A stretch of DNA of 64,000 bases from an uncultured Chloroflexia bacterium (GCA_963720755.1 CAVRGP010000011.1:640001-704000), one strand, 5' to 3'. Shown: positions 10,418 to 20,252, counted from the first letter of the stretch. Numbers and translations: made by a program. Notes: generated from the letters alone by a model not told the origin.

Positions 10418-10939
10418 GTGCGGCTCAGTGGTTGGCGAGCGAGCGCTCCGTTCAAGGACTCCGTCTCGCCCAAGGTCCTTGCGGTCGTTGGCGAGTCCCT
10501 CGCCTTGCTCGGTGCGGATGCCGATCCGGAATGCTGGGTGGTCTGGGGCGACGACCCTGCGGTGCGATACCTGCTGTTCGTCCCGACGGCGAGCGGACTG
10601 GTCCAGGTGAATGTCCGGGTCAACGTCCCAGGCGAGGGGCCCAGAAGCAGCGGCAAGATCGTCCGCTGGAACCGCACCCAGTTCGGTGAACTCGCGGTCG
10701 AAATCCACGGCGGGCATCGGCTGGTCACGTTCCAGGTCGAGGCCCAGGCGCTGCACGGCGCCGACGACGACGCGGATGCCATCTCGACGTTCGCCCAGAC
10801 CCTGTTCGCGGCCGTCGACGGGCGGCCGATCCAGGCGCCGACCATCCCGAAGAGGCCGCGGCGGTCGTCGATCCCGAAGAGTCGAGCCGTTTCCACTGCC
10901 GGGAAGTCCGGCCGCCCGTCGGCCAGCCAGGGGTCGTGA
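10418..10939 (+). CDS. Hypothetical protein
   Basis: GGAGG RBS before GTG 10418; TAGCCT -10 upstream; stop overlaps the next start (GTGA). Confidence 0.7.
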   Translation: MRLSGWRASAPFKDSVSPKVLAVVGESLALLGADADPECWVVWGDDPAVRYLLFVPTASGLVQVNVRVNVPGEGPRSSGKIVRWNRTQFGELAVEIHGGHRLVTFQVEAQALHGADDDADAISTFAQTLFAAVDGRPIQAPTIPKRPRRSSIPKSRAVSTAGKSGRPSASQGS

Positions 10940-11640
10940 CACCGGTCGAAGCGGTCATCTTCGACCTGGATGGTGTCCTCGTCGACTCCGAGATCTGGTG
11001 GGACGAGATCCGGATCGCCTTCGCCGCGCGCTACGGCCGGTCATGGGGTCGGGCTGACCAGGCAGCCGTCATGGGGGCCAACTCGGCCGCCTGGGCGCGG
11101 ATCATGCGTGAACGTCTCGACCTTGATCTCGATGGATCCATGATCGAGCGCGAGATCGTCGACAGCGTGGTCGACCGATATCGGCGGGAAGGCCCACCGG
11201 TCATCCCCGGGGCGGCCGAGACCGTGCGCCGGATCGCCGGCGGCTGGCCGGTCGCCCTCGCGTCATCCGCCCACCCCGCGGTCATCGCGGCCGCCCTGGA
11301 CGCGAGTGGTTTGACGGACGTGCTGCGCGTCGCCGTCTCGTCCGATGAGGTCGCCCACGGGAAGCCGGCTCCGGATGTCTACCTCGAAGCCGCTCGCCGT
11401 CTCGACGTCCGCCCGGCCGGTTGTCTCGTCATCGAGGACTCGTTCAACGGCGTCCGCGCCGGCAAGGCTGCCGGGATGACGGTCGCCCTCGTGCCGAACG
11501 CAAGCGTGCCGCCCGCCCCGGGCACCGCGGACCTGGCCGACGTCGTGCTGGAGCGGCTGGCCGACCTGGACCCTGCCGCGATCGCGGCCGAACCTGCCCC
11601 TGGCGTGGCGGGTCTGGCATACTTCGACCGGCCCGACTGA
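10936..11640 (+). CDS. HAD family phosphatase
   Basis: FDLDGVLVDS motif I, GKPAPD and IEDSFNG. Confidence 0.92.
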   Translation: MTPVEAVIFDLDGVLVDSEIWWDEIRIAFAARYGRSWGRADQAAVMGANSAAWARIMRERLDLDLDGSMIEREIVDSVVDRYRREGPPVIPGAAETVRRIAGGWPVALASSAHPAVIAAALDASGLTDVLRVAVSSDEVAHGKPAPDVYLEAARRLDVRPAGCLVIEDSFNGVRAGKAAGMTVALVPNASVPPAPGTADLADVVLERLADLDPAAIAAEPAPGVAGLAYFDRPD

Positions 11641-11652
11641 GCAGGAGGAACC

Positions 11653-12018
11653 GTGGCTGCGACCGGCCTTTCCGCAGATCCGACCGAATACCGAGCACGG
11701 CTCGCCGACCAGGATGACGAGCAGATCGACGCCTGGACGGCGGAGTTGATGCGGGATGTCGTCATCCGGCGGGGGATCGTGAAAGTCGTCGACGATTTCC
11801 GGCGCGCCACCCGACTCGATGAACCCGGATTCGAACGCGTGTTCGCTTCTGGGGGTGGACCCCCGGCTGTGATCGGTCGAGACCGGGCTGGACGACTGGT
11901 GGTGCCGGCGACGACGCTGTTCGCCCTCGTGCCCGGGATCCGAGCGCAGGTGCCCGACGGGCGCGAGCGACTGATCGAATACCTGGCCGAGAACTTCGAC
12001 GAGATCGTCTACGTCTGA
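11653..12018 (+). CDS. Hypothetical protein
   Basis: AGGAGG RBS; in-operon position; protein-like composition. Confidence 0.75.
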   Translation: MAATGLSADPTEYRARLADQDDEQIDAWTAELMRDVVIRRGIVKVVDDFRRATRLDEPGFERVFASGGGPPAVIGRDRAGRLVVPATTLFALVPGIRAQVPDGRERLIEYLAENFDEIVYV

Positions 12019-12034
12019 GCGGGGAGTCGGTGGC

Positions 12035-12859
12035 CTGATCCGGCTGATCCACCCCTTTCCCTCGATCCTCGACGGTGTCGTCGTCGCCGCGGTCGCGCTG
12101 GTGGCCGGTGCTGACACCGGTACCGCGTTCCGGCTCGCTGTCTCCATGGTGGCCCTGCAGGGCTCGATCGGCGCCCTCAACGACCTGATCGACGCGAGGA
12201 CCGATGCCGAGCAGAAGCCGGGCAAGCCGATCCCCGCCGGTTCGGTCAGCACCCAGGGCGCCGGCGTCGTCGTCATCGTCGGCGCGGCCGTGGGACTTGG
12301 CCTCGCGCTCCCGTCCGGTCCCGCGCTTGTCGTCCTGGCCGTGATCGGCCTCGCGATCGGCTACGGCTACGACCTTCGTTTCAAGGGCACGGCCTGGTCC
12401 TGGGTGCCGTTCGCGGGCGGGATCCCACTCCTGCCCATCTACGGCTGGCTCGGGGTGACGGGGTCGATGGCCCCCTGGTTCATGATCCTCGTGCCCCTCG
12501 CCGTGGTCGCGGGAAGCGCACTGGCGGTGGCCAACGCCCGCGCGGATGCCGATCGCGACCGGTCGGCCGGGCTTGACTCGGTGGCCATCCGCCTCGGTCC
12601 CGATCGATCGTGGTCGGTCAACGCGGCGTTGCTTGCCGTGGTGGTCGTGGTCGCGGTCGGGTCATCGGTCGTCAGCGGGGCGCCATGGCCGGCTGTCCTC
12701 GGGGCCGGGGCCGGCGCCCTGGTGGTGGCCGTCGGCGTGGTGGTCGGCCGGTCGTCGGACCCACATCGACAGGAGCTTGCGTGGGAGGTCGAGGCGATCG
12801 GGCTCGGGATCCTCGCGACCGGTTGGCTGGCGGGCGCGGTGACGGCCGGACTCGCCTGA
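12035..12859 (+). CDS. UbiA family prenyltransferase
   Basis: NDLIDARTD...KPIPAG and NARADADRD aspartate-rich motifs; about 8 TM helices. Start probably CTG 12035 (ORF track uses GTG 12101). Confidence 0.8.
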   Translation: MIRLIHPFPSILDGVVVAAVALVAGADTGTAFRLAVSMVALQGSIGALNDLIDARTDAEQKPGKPIPAGSVSTQGAGVVVIVGAAVGLGLALPSGPALVVLAVIGLAIGYGYDLRFKGTAWSWVPFAGGIPLLPIYGWLGVTGSMAPWFMILVPLAVVAGSALAVANARADADRDRSAGLDSVAIRLGPDRSWSVNAALLAVVVVVAVGSSVVSGAPWPAVLGAGAGALVVAVGVVVGRSSDPHRQELAWEVEAIGLGILATGWLAGAVTAGLA

Positions 12860-12869
12860 CCGTCCTCGG

Positions 12870-13907
12870 TCAGTACCCGGCGTCGTCGCTTCTGACGAGG
12901 GCGATCGCGTTCTCGAGTCGGAGCTTCGCGATGGTCAGGTACTTGGCGAGGTTCGCCCGGTCTGTCGCTCCGATGGCCCCACGGACCTCCGGGCTCGCCA
13001 GGACCCCGACCAACTCCTCGACCGCATCGGCCAGGCCCTGCTTGGCGACCACGAGCGAGTCGTCGCCGATGAGTCGTGGCGCGGCGTCGTCCGAGCGCCA
13101 GGTCGGCCCTTCCGACGACTCGGCTTCGCTCGGGGTCGTGTCCGCCGAGTCGATCTCGTCACTGATGGCGATCTCCATCGTGGGATCGGCGACGGCATCC
13201 TGCCGCGGTCGGCGTCCCTCGATCTTGTCTCGAAGCTTGATCAGGGTCAGCTCGCCTCGGGCGACCTGCTCCGCAAGGCGACGCCGCTTCCTCGGGTCGG
13301 TCACCTTCATCAGCTCGTACGCATGCGACAGACTGTCCTTGCGCAAAGACACGAGTTCGCGGACCTCGGGCGGCGCGTCCGCGAGCCGGAGCCGGTTCTC
13401 GAGATAGCCCTTGTCCTTGCCCAGCTTGTCGGCGAGCTTGCGGATGCTGTAGCCATGCTCGTGGACCATTCGGTCGTACATGGCCGCTTCATCGAGCGGC
13501 GTGAGGTCCTCTCGCTGGAGGTTTTCGATGATCGCGATCTCGAGGGCCGTGTCGTCGTCGATCTCCTCGATGAGGGCCGGGATCGTGGTCAAGCCGGCCT
13601 GCCGTGAGGCTCGCCACCGACGTTCGCCGGCGACGATCTGGTAGGTATTGGGACCGAGCGGTCGGACGAGGATCGGTTGGAGGACGCCGTGCTCCCGGAT
13701 CGATGCCGACAGTTCGTCGAGGGCATCCTGTTCGAAGAGCATCCGCGGTTGTTCCGGGTTCGGTTCGATATGGTCGATCGGAACGACGCGAACACCGACC
13801 GACCGGGTCGGGCTGTCGGGCGTCAGCAGGCTGACGATGGCGGGGGAGAGGGCCGTGTCCTCGGACAGGCGTCGGGCGGCTGCCGCGCGGAAATCAGTGC
13901 GAGCCAA
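12870..13907 (-). CDS. parB: ParB/Spo0J partition protein
   Basis: NPEQPR, GVLQPILVR, AGERRWRA (CTP-binding box) and ENLQREDL, followed by an HTH; overlaps the parA stop. Confidence 0.95.
   Translation of the reverse strand: MARTDFRAAAARRLSEDTALSPAIVSLLTPDSPTRSVGVRVVPIDHIEPNPEQPRMLFEQDALDELSASIREHGVLQPILVRPLGPNTYQIVAGERRWRASRQAGLTTIPALIEEIDDDTALEIAIIENLQREDLTPLDEAAMYDRMVHEHGYSIRKLADKLGKDKGYLENRLRLADAPPEVRELVSLRKDSLSHAYELMKVTDPRKRRRLAEQVARGELTLIKLRDKIEGRRPRQDAVADPTMEIAISDEIDSADTTPSEAESSEGPTWRSDDAAPRLIGDDSLVVAKQGLADAVEELVGVLASPEVRGAIGATDRANLAKYLTIAKLRLENAIALVRSDDAGY
13335..13350. repeat. 16-bp palindrome copy 1 (candidate parS) inside parB
   Basis: GTCCTTGCGCAAAGAC, one mismatch from a perfect palindrome; flanking T/A extends it to 18 bp. 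Confidence 0.7.
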
Positions 13908-14664
13908 GTTCGATCACCTCCCGGGCAAGCTGGCGATACGTCCTCGCCGCGTCCGTGTTGCTGGCATACGTCGTGATCGGCCGTCCGACCAGTGGCGCCT
14001 CGCCCAACTTGACCGTGTTCCGAACGATGCTCGTGAAGACGTGGTGATCGCCGACGGTCCGCAGTTCCTCGAGCATGTCCTTGGCCAGATTGGTCCGTCC
14101 GTCAAAGAACGTCGGCAACAAGCCGAGGATCCGGAGGTCGCGATTCAGTTTGAGGCGGATGGCGTTGATGACCTTGACCAGGTTGTTGAGGCCCTTCATC
14201 GCGTAGTACTGCGTCTGGACCGGGATGATGACCCCGTCGGATGCGACCAGCCCGTTCACCGTCAGCAGGCCGAGGTTCGGCGGGCAATCGATGAGGACGT
14301 AGTCGTACACCGCGATCTGCCCATCGAACGCTTCACGCAGGATGCCCTCGCGGCCGAGTGCCGTGAACAGTTCGCCTTCTGTGGAAGCCAGGTCGATGTG
14401 TGCCGGGGCGACGTCGATGCCTTCTGTCCCCGTGGCGATGATCACGTCGCTGAGTGACGACCGACCATCGGCCAGTACATCGGCCATCGACTGCTCGACC
14501 GTATTGAGGTTGATGCCGAGCCCGGCGGTCAGGTTTGCCTGCGGATCCATGTCGACGCACAGGATCCGGTACCCCTCTTCCGCAAGCGCGCCGGCCAGAT
14601 TGATCGCCGTCGTGGTCTTGCCGACCCCGCCCTTCTGATTGGCGATCGCGATCACGTTCGTCAC
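13894..14664 (-). CDS. parA: ParA/Soj ATPase
   Basis: [11 protein letters not shown] deviant Walker A, DMDPQAN and DCPPNLG. Confidence 0.95.
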   Translation of the reverse strand: MTNVIAIANQKGGVGKTTTAINLAGALAEEGYRILCVDMDPQANLTAGLGINLNTVEQSMADVLADGRSSLSDVIIATGTEGIDVAPAHIDLASTEGELFTALGREGILREAFDGQIAVYDYVLIDCPPNLGLLTVNGLVASDGVIIPVQTQYYAMKGLNNLVKVINAIRLKLNRDLRILGLLPTFFDGRTNLAKDMLEELRTVGDHHVFTSIVRNTVKLGEAPLVGRPITTYASNTDAARTYRQLAREVIELGSH

Positions 14665-14768
14665 CTGGGCTGCACCTCAAGTTGTCGTGGAGGCGGCACA
14701 TCGGCCGTCGGGTCCCGGAATGGATTCGTGCCATGGTACCCCCGCGGCGTGCACCCAGGGCACCCTGG

Positions 14769-14811
14769 TTATCCACACGCTTTGGAAGTTGTTCACCGAA
14801 TTTGTGGATAT
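14769..14811. promoter_or_regulatory. DnaA-box cluster upstream of parA
   Basis: TTATCCACA at 14769-14777 (perfect), TTGTTCACC at 14789-14797 (2 mismatches), inverted TGTGGATAT at 14803-14811 (1 mismatch). Confidence 0.65.
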
Positions 14812-14856
14812 CCCGAACGTCGCAAGTGGGGCGGTCGGGGCAGATATGATGGTCGC

Positions 14857-14872
14857 GTCCTTGCGCAAAGAC
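14857..14872. repeat. 16-bp palindrome copy 2 (candidate parS)
   Basis: GTCCTTGCGCAAAGAC, 6 nt downstream of a TATGAT -10 (14845-14850). Confidence 0.7.
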
Positions 14873-14895
14873 AGTCGATAAGGAGCGCCGAACGC

Positions 14896-16440
14896 GTGTC
14901 GACGAACGCTGAACGGTTCGCACGCCTGGATGCGATGCGCGCGTCGTCACGATCGGGTGGCGGTGTCGCGCGGGTCAAACGGCAACATGATGCAGGCAAG
15001 TTGACTGCTCGGGAGCGCCTGGAGCTGCTGCTCGATCCGGGCTCCTTCGTCGAACTCGGTGCGTTCGTGATGAACCGTGATCCAGGCAAGTCCGGATCGT
15101 TCCTTGGCGATGGCGTCGTGACGGGTCACGGCGAGATCGATGGCCGAACAGTCTTCGTCTTCAGCCAGGACTTCACGATCTTCGGAGGCTCCTTGTCGGA
15201 GGCCTACGCCGAGAAGATCTGCAAGGTGATGGATCTGGCGACGCGGGTCGGGGCGCCGATCATCGGCCTGAACGATTCGGGCGGCGCCCGGATCCAGGAA
15301 GGGGTCGTCTCGCTCGGCGGATATGCGGATATCTTCCTGCGCAACGTGCTGGCGTCCGGGGTCGTGCCACAGATCTCGGTCGTCCTCGGACCATGCGCCG
15401 GTGGCGCGGTCTATTCGCCGGCGATCACGGACTTCACGATCATGGCCGAGACAACGAGCTACATGTTCGTCACCGGACCAGGTGTGGTGAAGACCGTGAC
15501 CCACGAGGATGTCGATGCGGAGTTCCTCGGCGGCGCGGTGACTCACACCACGCGCAGCGGAGTCGCCCATTTCGCCGCACCCGATGAAGCCCATGCGCTC
15601 GACACGGTTCGCGACCTGCTCGCCTATCTGCCGCAGAACAACATCTCGTCGCCGCCGATCGTGGCGACCCAGGACCCGACCGATCGGGCCGATGTGTCGC
15701 TCGACTCCATCGTCCCGGACGATCCCCGGATGCCGTACGACATGCATGACGTCATCGAGCCGATCATCGATGACCGGGTCTTCCTGGAGGTGCAGCCTGA
15801 TTGGGCGCAGAACATCATCATCGGTTTCGCGCGCCTGGGTGGCCGAAGCGTCGGCGTCGTTGCGCAGCAACCGGCGGTCCTCGCTGGCGCCCTGGATATC
15901 GATGCGTCGGTCAAGGCCGCCAGGTTCGTCCGAACCTGTGATGCGTTCAATGTGCCGCTCGTCACGTTCGTCGATGTGCCGGGGTTCCTGCCGGGCGTGG
16001 ACCAGGAGCACGGGGGCATCATCCGACACGGGGCAAAACTGCTGTACGCGTACGCGGAAGCGACCGTACCCAAACTGACAGTCATCACACGCAAGGCGTA
16101 TGGGGGCGCCTATGACGTCATGAGCAGCAAGCACATCCGCGGGGACATGAATCTCGCCTGGCCGACGGCAGAGATCGCGGTGATGGGCGCGGAAGGGGCG
16201 GTCAATATCATCTACAAGGATGCGATCGCGAACGCCGCCGACCCGGAAGCGGAACGCGAACGACTCGTCTCGGAGTACCGCACCGAGTTCGCGAACCCAT
16301 TCATCGCGGCGGCCCGGGGGTACGTCGACGACGTGATCAAACCTTCTGAGACCCGACCTCGATTGATCCGCGCGCTCGCTCTGTTGGCGGACAAGCGCGA
16401 CAGCAACCCGCGCAAGAAGCATGGCAACATCCCGCTTTGA
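14896..16440 (+). CDS. pccB: Acyl-CoA (propionyl-CoA) carboxylase, carboxyltransferase subunit
   Basis: [39 protein letters not shown] and KKHGNIPL; AGGAG RBS. Confidence 0.92.
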   Translation: MSTNAERFARLDAMRASSRSGGGVARVKRQHDAGKLTARERLELLLDPGSFVELGAFVMNRDPGKSGSFLGDGVVTGHGEIDGRTVFVFSQDFTIFGGSLSEAYAEKICKVMDLATRVGAPIIGLNDSGGARIQEGVVSLGGYADIFLRNVLASGVVPQISVVLGPCAGGAVYSPAITDFTIMAETTSYMFVTGPGVVKTVTHEDVDAEFLGGAVTHTTRSGVAHFAAPDEAHALDTVRDLLAYLPQNNISSPPIVATQDPTDRADVSLDSIVPDDPRMPYDMHDVIEPIIDDRVFLEVQPDWAQNIIIGFARLGGRSVGVVAQQPAVLAGALDIDASVKAARFVRTCDAFNVPLVTFVDVPGFLPGVDQEHGGIIRHGAKLLYAYAEATVPKLTVITRKAYGGAYDVMSSKHIRGDMNLAWPTAEIAVMGAEGAVNIIYKDAIANAADPEAERERLVSEYRTEFANPFIAAARGYVDDVIKPSETRPRLIRALALLADKRDSNPRKKHGNIPL

Positions 16441-16458
16441 CCTGGCAGCGGGCAAGCC

Positions 16459-16474
16459 GTCTTTGCGCAAAGAC
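16459..16474. repeat. 16-bp palindrome copy 3 (candidate parS), perfect
   Basis: GTCTTTGCGCAAAGAC (18 bp perfect with flanking C/G) in the 46-bp gap between carboxylase genes. Confidence 0.72.
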
Positions 16475-16486
16475 GCGGGCAGCTGG

Positions 16487-18055
16487 ATGACGGGCCAGGT
16501 CCGTCCGTTCGAGCGCGTCCTGATCGCCAACCGAGGTGAGATCGCCGTGCGGATCATCCGCGCGTGCCGGGACCTCGGGATGGAATCGGTCGCGGTGTAC
16601 AGCGACGCGGACGTGGACGCCCGACATGTTCGGATGGCCGATCGGTCCGTGCGGATCGGCCCGGCACAGCCATCGGAGAGCTACCTTCGGATCGAGGCGA
16701 TCACCGAAGCCGCGGTCGCCAACGATGTCGACGCGATCCATCCGGGTTACGGGTTCCTGTCAGAGCGGGCAGCCTTCGCCCGCGCAGTCGAGGATGCAGG
16801 TATCGCGTTCGTCGGTCCGCCATCGGCTGCCATCGATGCGCTCGGGGACAAATTGCACGCCCGGCGGGTCGCTCGGTCGGTCGGCGTCGCCGCGGTGCCG
16901 GGTACGATCGATCCAGCAGCGGTCGAGCGCGCCGACCAGGTCGACGCGATCGTCGCCACGGCGGAGGAGATCGGGTTCCCGCTGCTGGTCAAGGCGGCGG
17001 CCGGCGGCGGTGGTCGTGGCATGCGCCGCGTCGCTGATGCGGCGGGGTTGCCGGCGGCACTCGCCGCCGGGGCGGCGGAGGCGCAGGCGGCCTTCGGTGA
17101 TGGAGCGGTCTATCTCGAGCGAGAACTGCGCCCGGCCAGGCATATCGAAGTCCAGCTCCTCGCTGATACCGCCGGCCAGGTGGTGGCGATCGGGGAGCGG
17201 GACTGCTCGCTGCAACGGCGTCATCAGAAGCTCCTCGAGGAGGCGCCGGCGCCAGGACTGTCGGGCGAGGAGCGCCGACACCTCCATGAACTCGCGGTAC
17301 GGCTTGCGGACGCGGCCGGCCTGCAGAATGCGGCCACGGCCGAATTCCTGCGAACCCCGGACGGCGCGTTCTACTTCCTTGAGGTCAATACGCGGCTGCA
17401 GGTCGAGCACGGCGTGACCGAGCTCGTGACCGGGCTCGACATCGTCAAGGAGCAGTTCTGGCTCGCCGCCGGATACCCGATCTCGCCCGCCGTGCTGAGG
17501 GCCGCCGACGCCGCCACGAACCCGGGCCGGCACGCCATCGAAGTCCGTGTCGCGGCGGAGGATCCCGGCCGAGACTTCGCGCCGGCTCCCGGCGTGGTCA
17601 CCCGATGGACGATGCCGGCCGGCCCCGGGGTCCGAGTCGATACGGGGATCGGATGGGGCGACCGCGTCCCGCCGGAGTACGACAACCTGATCGCCAAGAT
17701 CCTGACCGATGCGGGGGATCGGAATGGTACGATCGATGCCCTGAGGCGCGCACTCGATGAGACCGAGATCGGCGGCTTCCAGACGACCCTGCCGTTCCAT
17801 CGCTTCGTGGCTCGACACGCAGGGTTCCGGGCCGGCGATCTCTCGATCGATTGGGTCGCCGAGCATTGGGACGGCGCCGGAGAACGAGCCCAGGTCGCCC
17901 ACGAGGCGGCGGCTGCTGCCGCGGCTGCCTTCGCGGGTGACGGCCGGTTCGGAGGTGCGGCCGGCCCGGGCGCCGAACCCGGGCCCGGGGCAGCCCTCAG
18001 CGCGGAGTGGGGGAGGCGCGGCCGAATGGACGCCGTCGACCGGTGGCCCCGATGA
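16487..18055 (+). CDS. Biotin carboxylase subunit
   Basis: ANRGEIA, HPGYGFLSE, GGGGRGMR, RDCSLQRRHQKLLEE and EVNTRLQVEH. Confidence 0.93.
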   Translation: MTGQVRPFERVLIANRGEIAVRIIRACRDLGMESVAVYSDADVDARHVRMADRSVRIGPAQPSESYLRIEAITEAAVANDVDAIHPGYGFLSERAAFARAVEDAGIAFVGPPSAAIDALGDKLHARRVARSVGVAAVPGTIDPAAVERADQVDAIVATAEEIGFPLLVKAAAGGGGRGMRRVADAAGLPAALAAGAAEAQAAFGDGAVYLERELRPARHIEVQLLADTAGQVVAIGERDCSLQRRHQKLLEEAPAPGLSGEERRHLHELAVRLADAAGLQNAATAEFLRTPDGAFYFLEVNTRLQVEHGVTELVTGLDIVKEQFWLAAGYPISPAVLRAADAATNPGRHAIEVRVAAEDPGRDFAPAPGVVTRWTMPAGPGVRVDTGIGWGDRVPPEYDNLIAKILTDAGDRNGTIDALRRALDETEIGGFQTTLPFHRFVARHAGFRAGDLSIDWVAEHWDGAGERAQVAHEAAAAAAAAFAGDGRFGGAAGPGAEPGPGAALSAEWGRRGRMDAVDRWPR

Positions 18056-18525
18056 CCCGGCTCCGAGTCACCGACCGGGTAAGCGGCGAGGTCCTCCTCG
18101 ATGACGAGGTCGATGGCGATGACCACGGGATCATCTCTCGGCCCGATGTCCGCGCAGTCGTCCTCCCGCTCACATCGTCGGGCATGCGTGGCCGGTCGGC
18201 AGTCGAGGTCGTCGTCGAGGGTTGGCGCTTCGAGCTGGAGGTCGAGGACGCGTCGATCGCCGACCTGCGCAGGCGTGCGACAAGCGAGCGAACCGGGTCC
18301 AGCGACCACGGCCCGATCGAGGTTCGTGCCATCATCCCTGGACGAGTCGTCTCGATCGCCGTGGAGATCGGCTCATCCGTGGAACAGGGGCAGCGGCTCC
18401 TTGCCGTGGAGGCGATGAAGATGGAGAACGAGTTGCGTGCGCCGCGGGCCGGGGTCGTCGAGCGCGTGGCGGTCGTCGTCGGGCAGAACATCGAGCTCGG
18501 AGAGATCCTGGTGGTGCTGCGATGA
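18052..18525 (+). CDS. Biotin carboxyl carrier protein
   Basis: EAMKMENE biotinylation motif; ATGA coupling on both sides. Confidence 0.9.
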   Translation: MTRLRVTDRVSGEVLLDDEVDGDDHGIISRPDVRAVVLPLTSSGMRGRSAVEVVVEGWRFELEVEDASIADLRRRATSERTGSSDHGPIEVRAIIPGRVVSIAVEIGSSVEQGQRLLAVEAMKMENELRAPRAGVVERVAVVVGQNIELGEILVVLR

Positions 18526-20216
18526 CTGGATCGTCGAGGCCGGATCGCCGAGTCGGGGAGGCGTCGGACCCGGGCCGCGAGCGTTGGCGGGAAACCGTCC
18601 GAGCCCGCGCGCTCAAGGGCGCCCCGGAACGGCGTGAGGCATTCGAGACAAGCTCCGGCCTCGTCATCCGTGACCTCTACACCGCGGCGGACACGGCGGC
18701 CATCGACGAGGATCGCGACCTCGGGCGTCCGGGGGACTATCCGTTCACGCGCGGCGTCCAGCCGACGATGTACCGGAGCCGCTTCTGGACGATGCGCCAG
18801 TACGCGGGGTTCGCCACTGCCGAGGAGACCAACGAGCGGTTCCGCTACCTTCTGGCCCAGGGCCAGACCGGCCTGAGCGTGGCGTTCGACCTGCCGACCC
18901 AGATGGGCTACGACTCGGATGCACCGGATGCCGAAGGGGAAGTCGGCCGGGTCGGCGTCCCGATCTCGAGTCTGGCCGACATGGCGGTCCTGCTCGACAG
19001 CCTGCCGCTCGGCGAGGTCAGCACATCGATGACCATCAACGCCACGGCCCCGATCCTCCTGGCCCTGTACGTCGCCGCGGCCGAGGCCCAGGGCGTCCCG
19101 CGCGGGTCGATCGCCGGGACGACCCAGAACGACATCCTGAAGGAGTACATCGCCCGCGGGACGTACATCTTCCCGCCGCGCCCGTCGATGCGGCTGGTCA
19201 CCGATGTCTTCGAGTTCTGCGCGGCCGAACTCCCGAAGTGGAACACGATCTCGATCTCCGGCTACCACATGCGCGAGGCGGGCGCGACCGCCGCCCAGGA
19301 ACTCGCGTTCACGCTGGCGGACGCGATCGCCTACGTCGAGGCGGCCGTCGCTCGCGGCCTGGACGTCGACGACTTCGCGGGTCGGTTGTCGTTCTTCTTC
19401 GCGGCCTGGTCGGAGCTGTTCGAGGAGGTCGCCAAGTTCCGGGTCGCCCGACGGATGTGGGCGTTCATCATGAAGGAGCGCTTCGGGGCAACCAACCCGC
19501 GCTCGATGGTCTGTCGGTTCCACGTCCAGACCGCGGGGTCCAGCCTGACCGCCCAATCGGTCGACAACAACGTCGTCCGGACCACGATCCAGGCGCTCGC
19601 CGCGGTGCTCGGGGGCGCCCAGAGCCTCCACACGAACTCCCGGGACGAGGCGCTCGCGCTCCCGACCGAGGAGGCCGCCCGCCTTGCACTTCGGACGCAG
19701 CAGATCCTTGCCCACGAGTCGGGCGTGACCGAGACACCGGATCCATTGGCCGGCTCGTTCTACGTTGAGAGCCTCACCAATGAACTCGAGGCCGCCGCCT
19801 GGGCGTACCTCGACGAGATCGAGTCGATGGGTGGCACGCTGGCCGCCATCGAGGGGGGGTTCCAGCAGCGCCAGATCCAGGAGGCGGCCTATCGCGTGCA
19901 GCGGGCGATCGAGACGGGTGATCAGATCGTGGTCGGAGTCAACCGGTTCCGCGACGACGAGTTCACGACGCCGCCGATCCATCGGATCGACCCGGAAGGG
20001 GAGCGACGCCAGATCGAGCGCGTCCTGCGGGTCCGGGCCGAACGGTCCGGCGCGGACTGGTCCGCCGCCATGGACCGGCTCGAGCAGATCGCTCGAAGCG
20101 ACGGCAACCTGATGCCGCCGATCCTGGAGGCGGTCCGGGCCTATGCGACCGTCGGCGAGATCAGTGACCGGCTCCGGGCCGCGTGGGGCGTGCACCGCGA
20201 ACTGATCACGGTCTGA
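18522..20216 (+). CDS. Methylmalonyl-CoA mutase, catalytic (substrate-binding) subunit
   Basis: [33 protein letters not shown] and QSLHTN; no C-terminal B12-binding domain. Confidence 0.93.
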   Translation: MTGSSRPDRRVGEASDPGRERWRETVRARALKGAPERREAFETSSGLVIRDLYTAADTAAIDEDRDLGRPGDYPFTRGVQPTMYRSRFWTMRQYAGFATAEETNERFRYLLAQGQTGLSVAFDLPTQMGYDSDAPDAEGEVGRVGVPISSLADMAVLLDSLPLGEVSTSMTINATAPILLALYVAAAEAQGVPRGSIAGTTQNDILKEYIARGTYIFPPRPSMRLVTDVFEFCAAELPKWNTISISGYHMREAGATAAQELAFTLADAIAYVEAAVARGLDVDDFAGRLSFFFAAWSELFEEVAKFRVARRMWAFIMKERFGATNPRSMVCRFHVQTAGSSLTAQSVDNNVVRTTIQALAAVLGGAQSLHTNSRDEALALPTEEAARLALRTQQILAHESGVTETPDPLAGSFYVESLTNELEAAAWAYLDEIESMGGTLAAIEGGFQQRQIQEAAYRVQRAIETGDQIVVGVNRFRDDEFTTPPIHRIDPEGERRQIERVLRVRAERSGADWSAAMDRLEQIARSDGNLMPPILEAVRAYATVGEISDRLRAAWGVHRELITV

Positions 20217-20252
20217 CGGGCTGGGGCACGCTGTTCGAACCCTGATCCAGCC

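Noticed and set aside
12870-14664. parAB as a plasmid or prophage partition module
   Set aside because: It is flanked by core metabolic genes, ParA is Soj-like without an N-terminal HTH, and there are no rep, phage or transfer genes.
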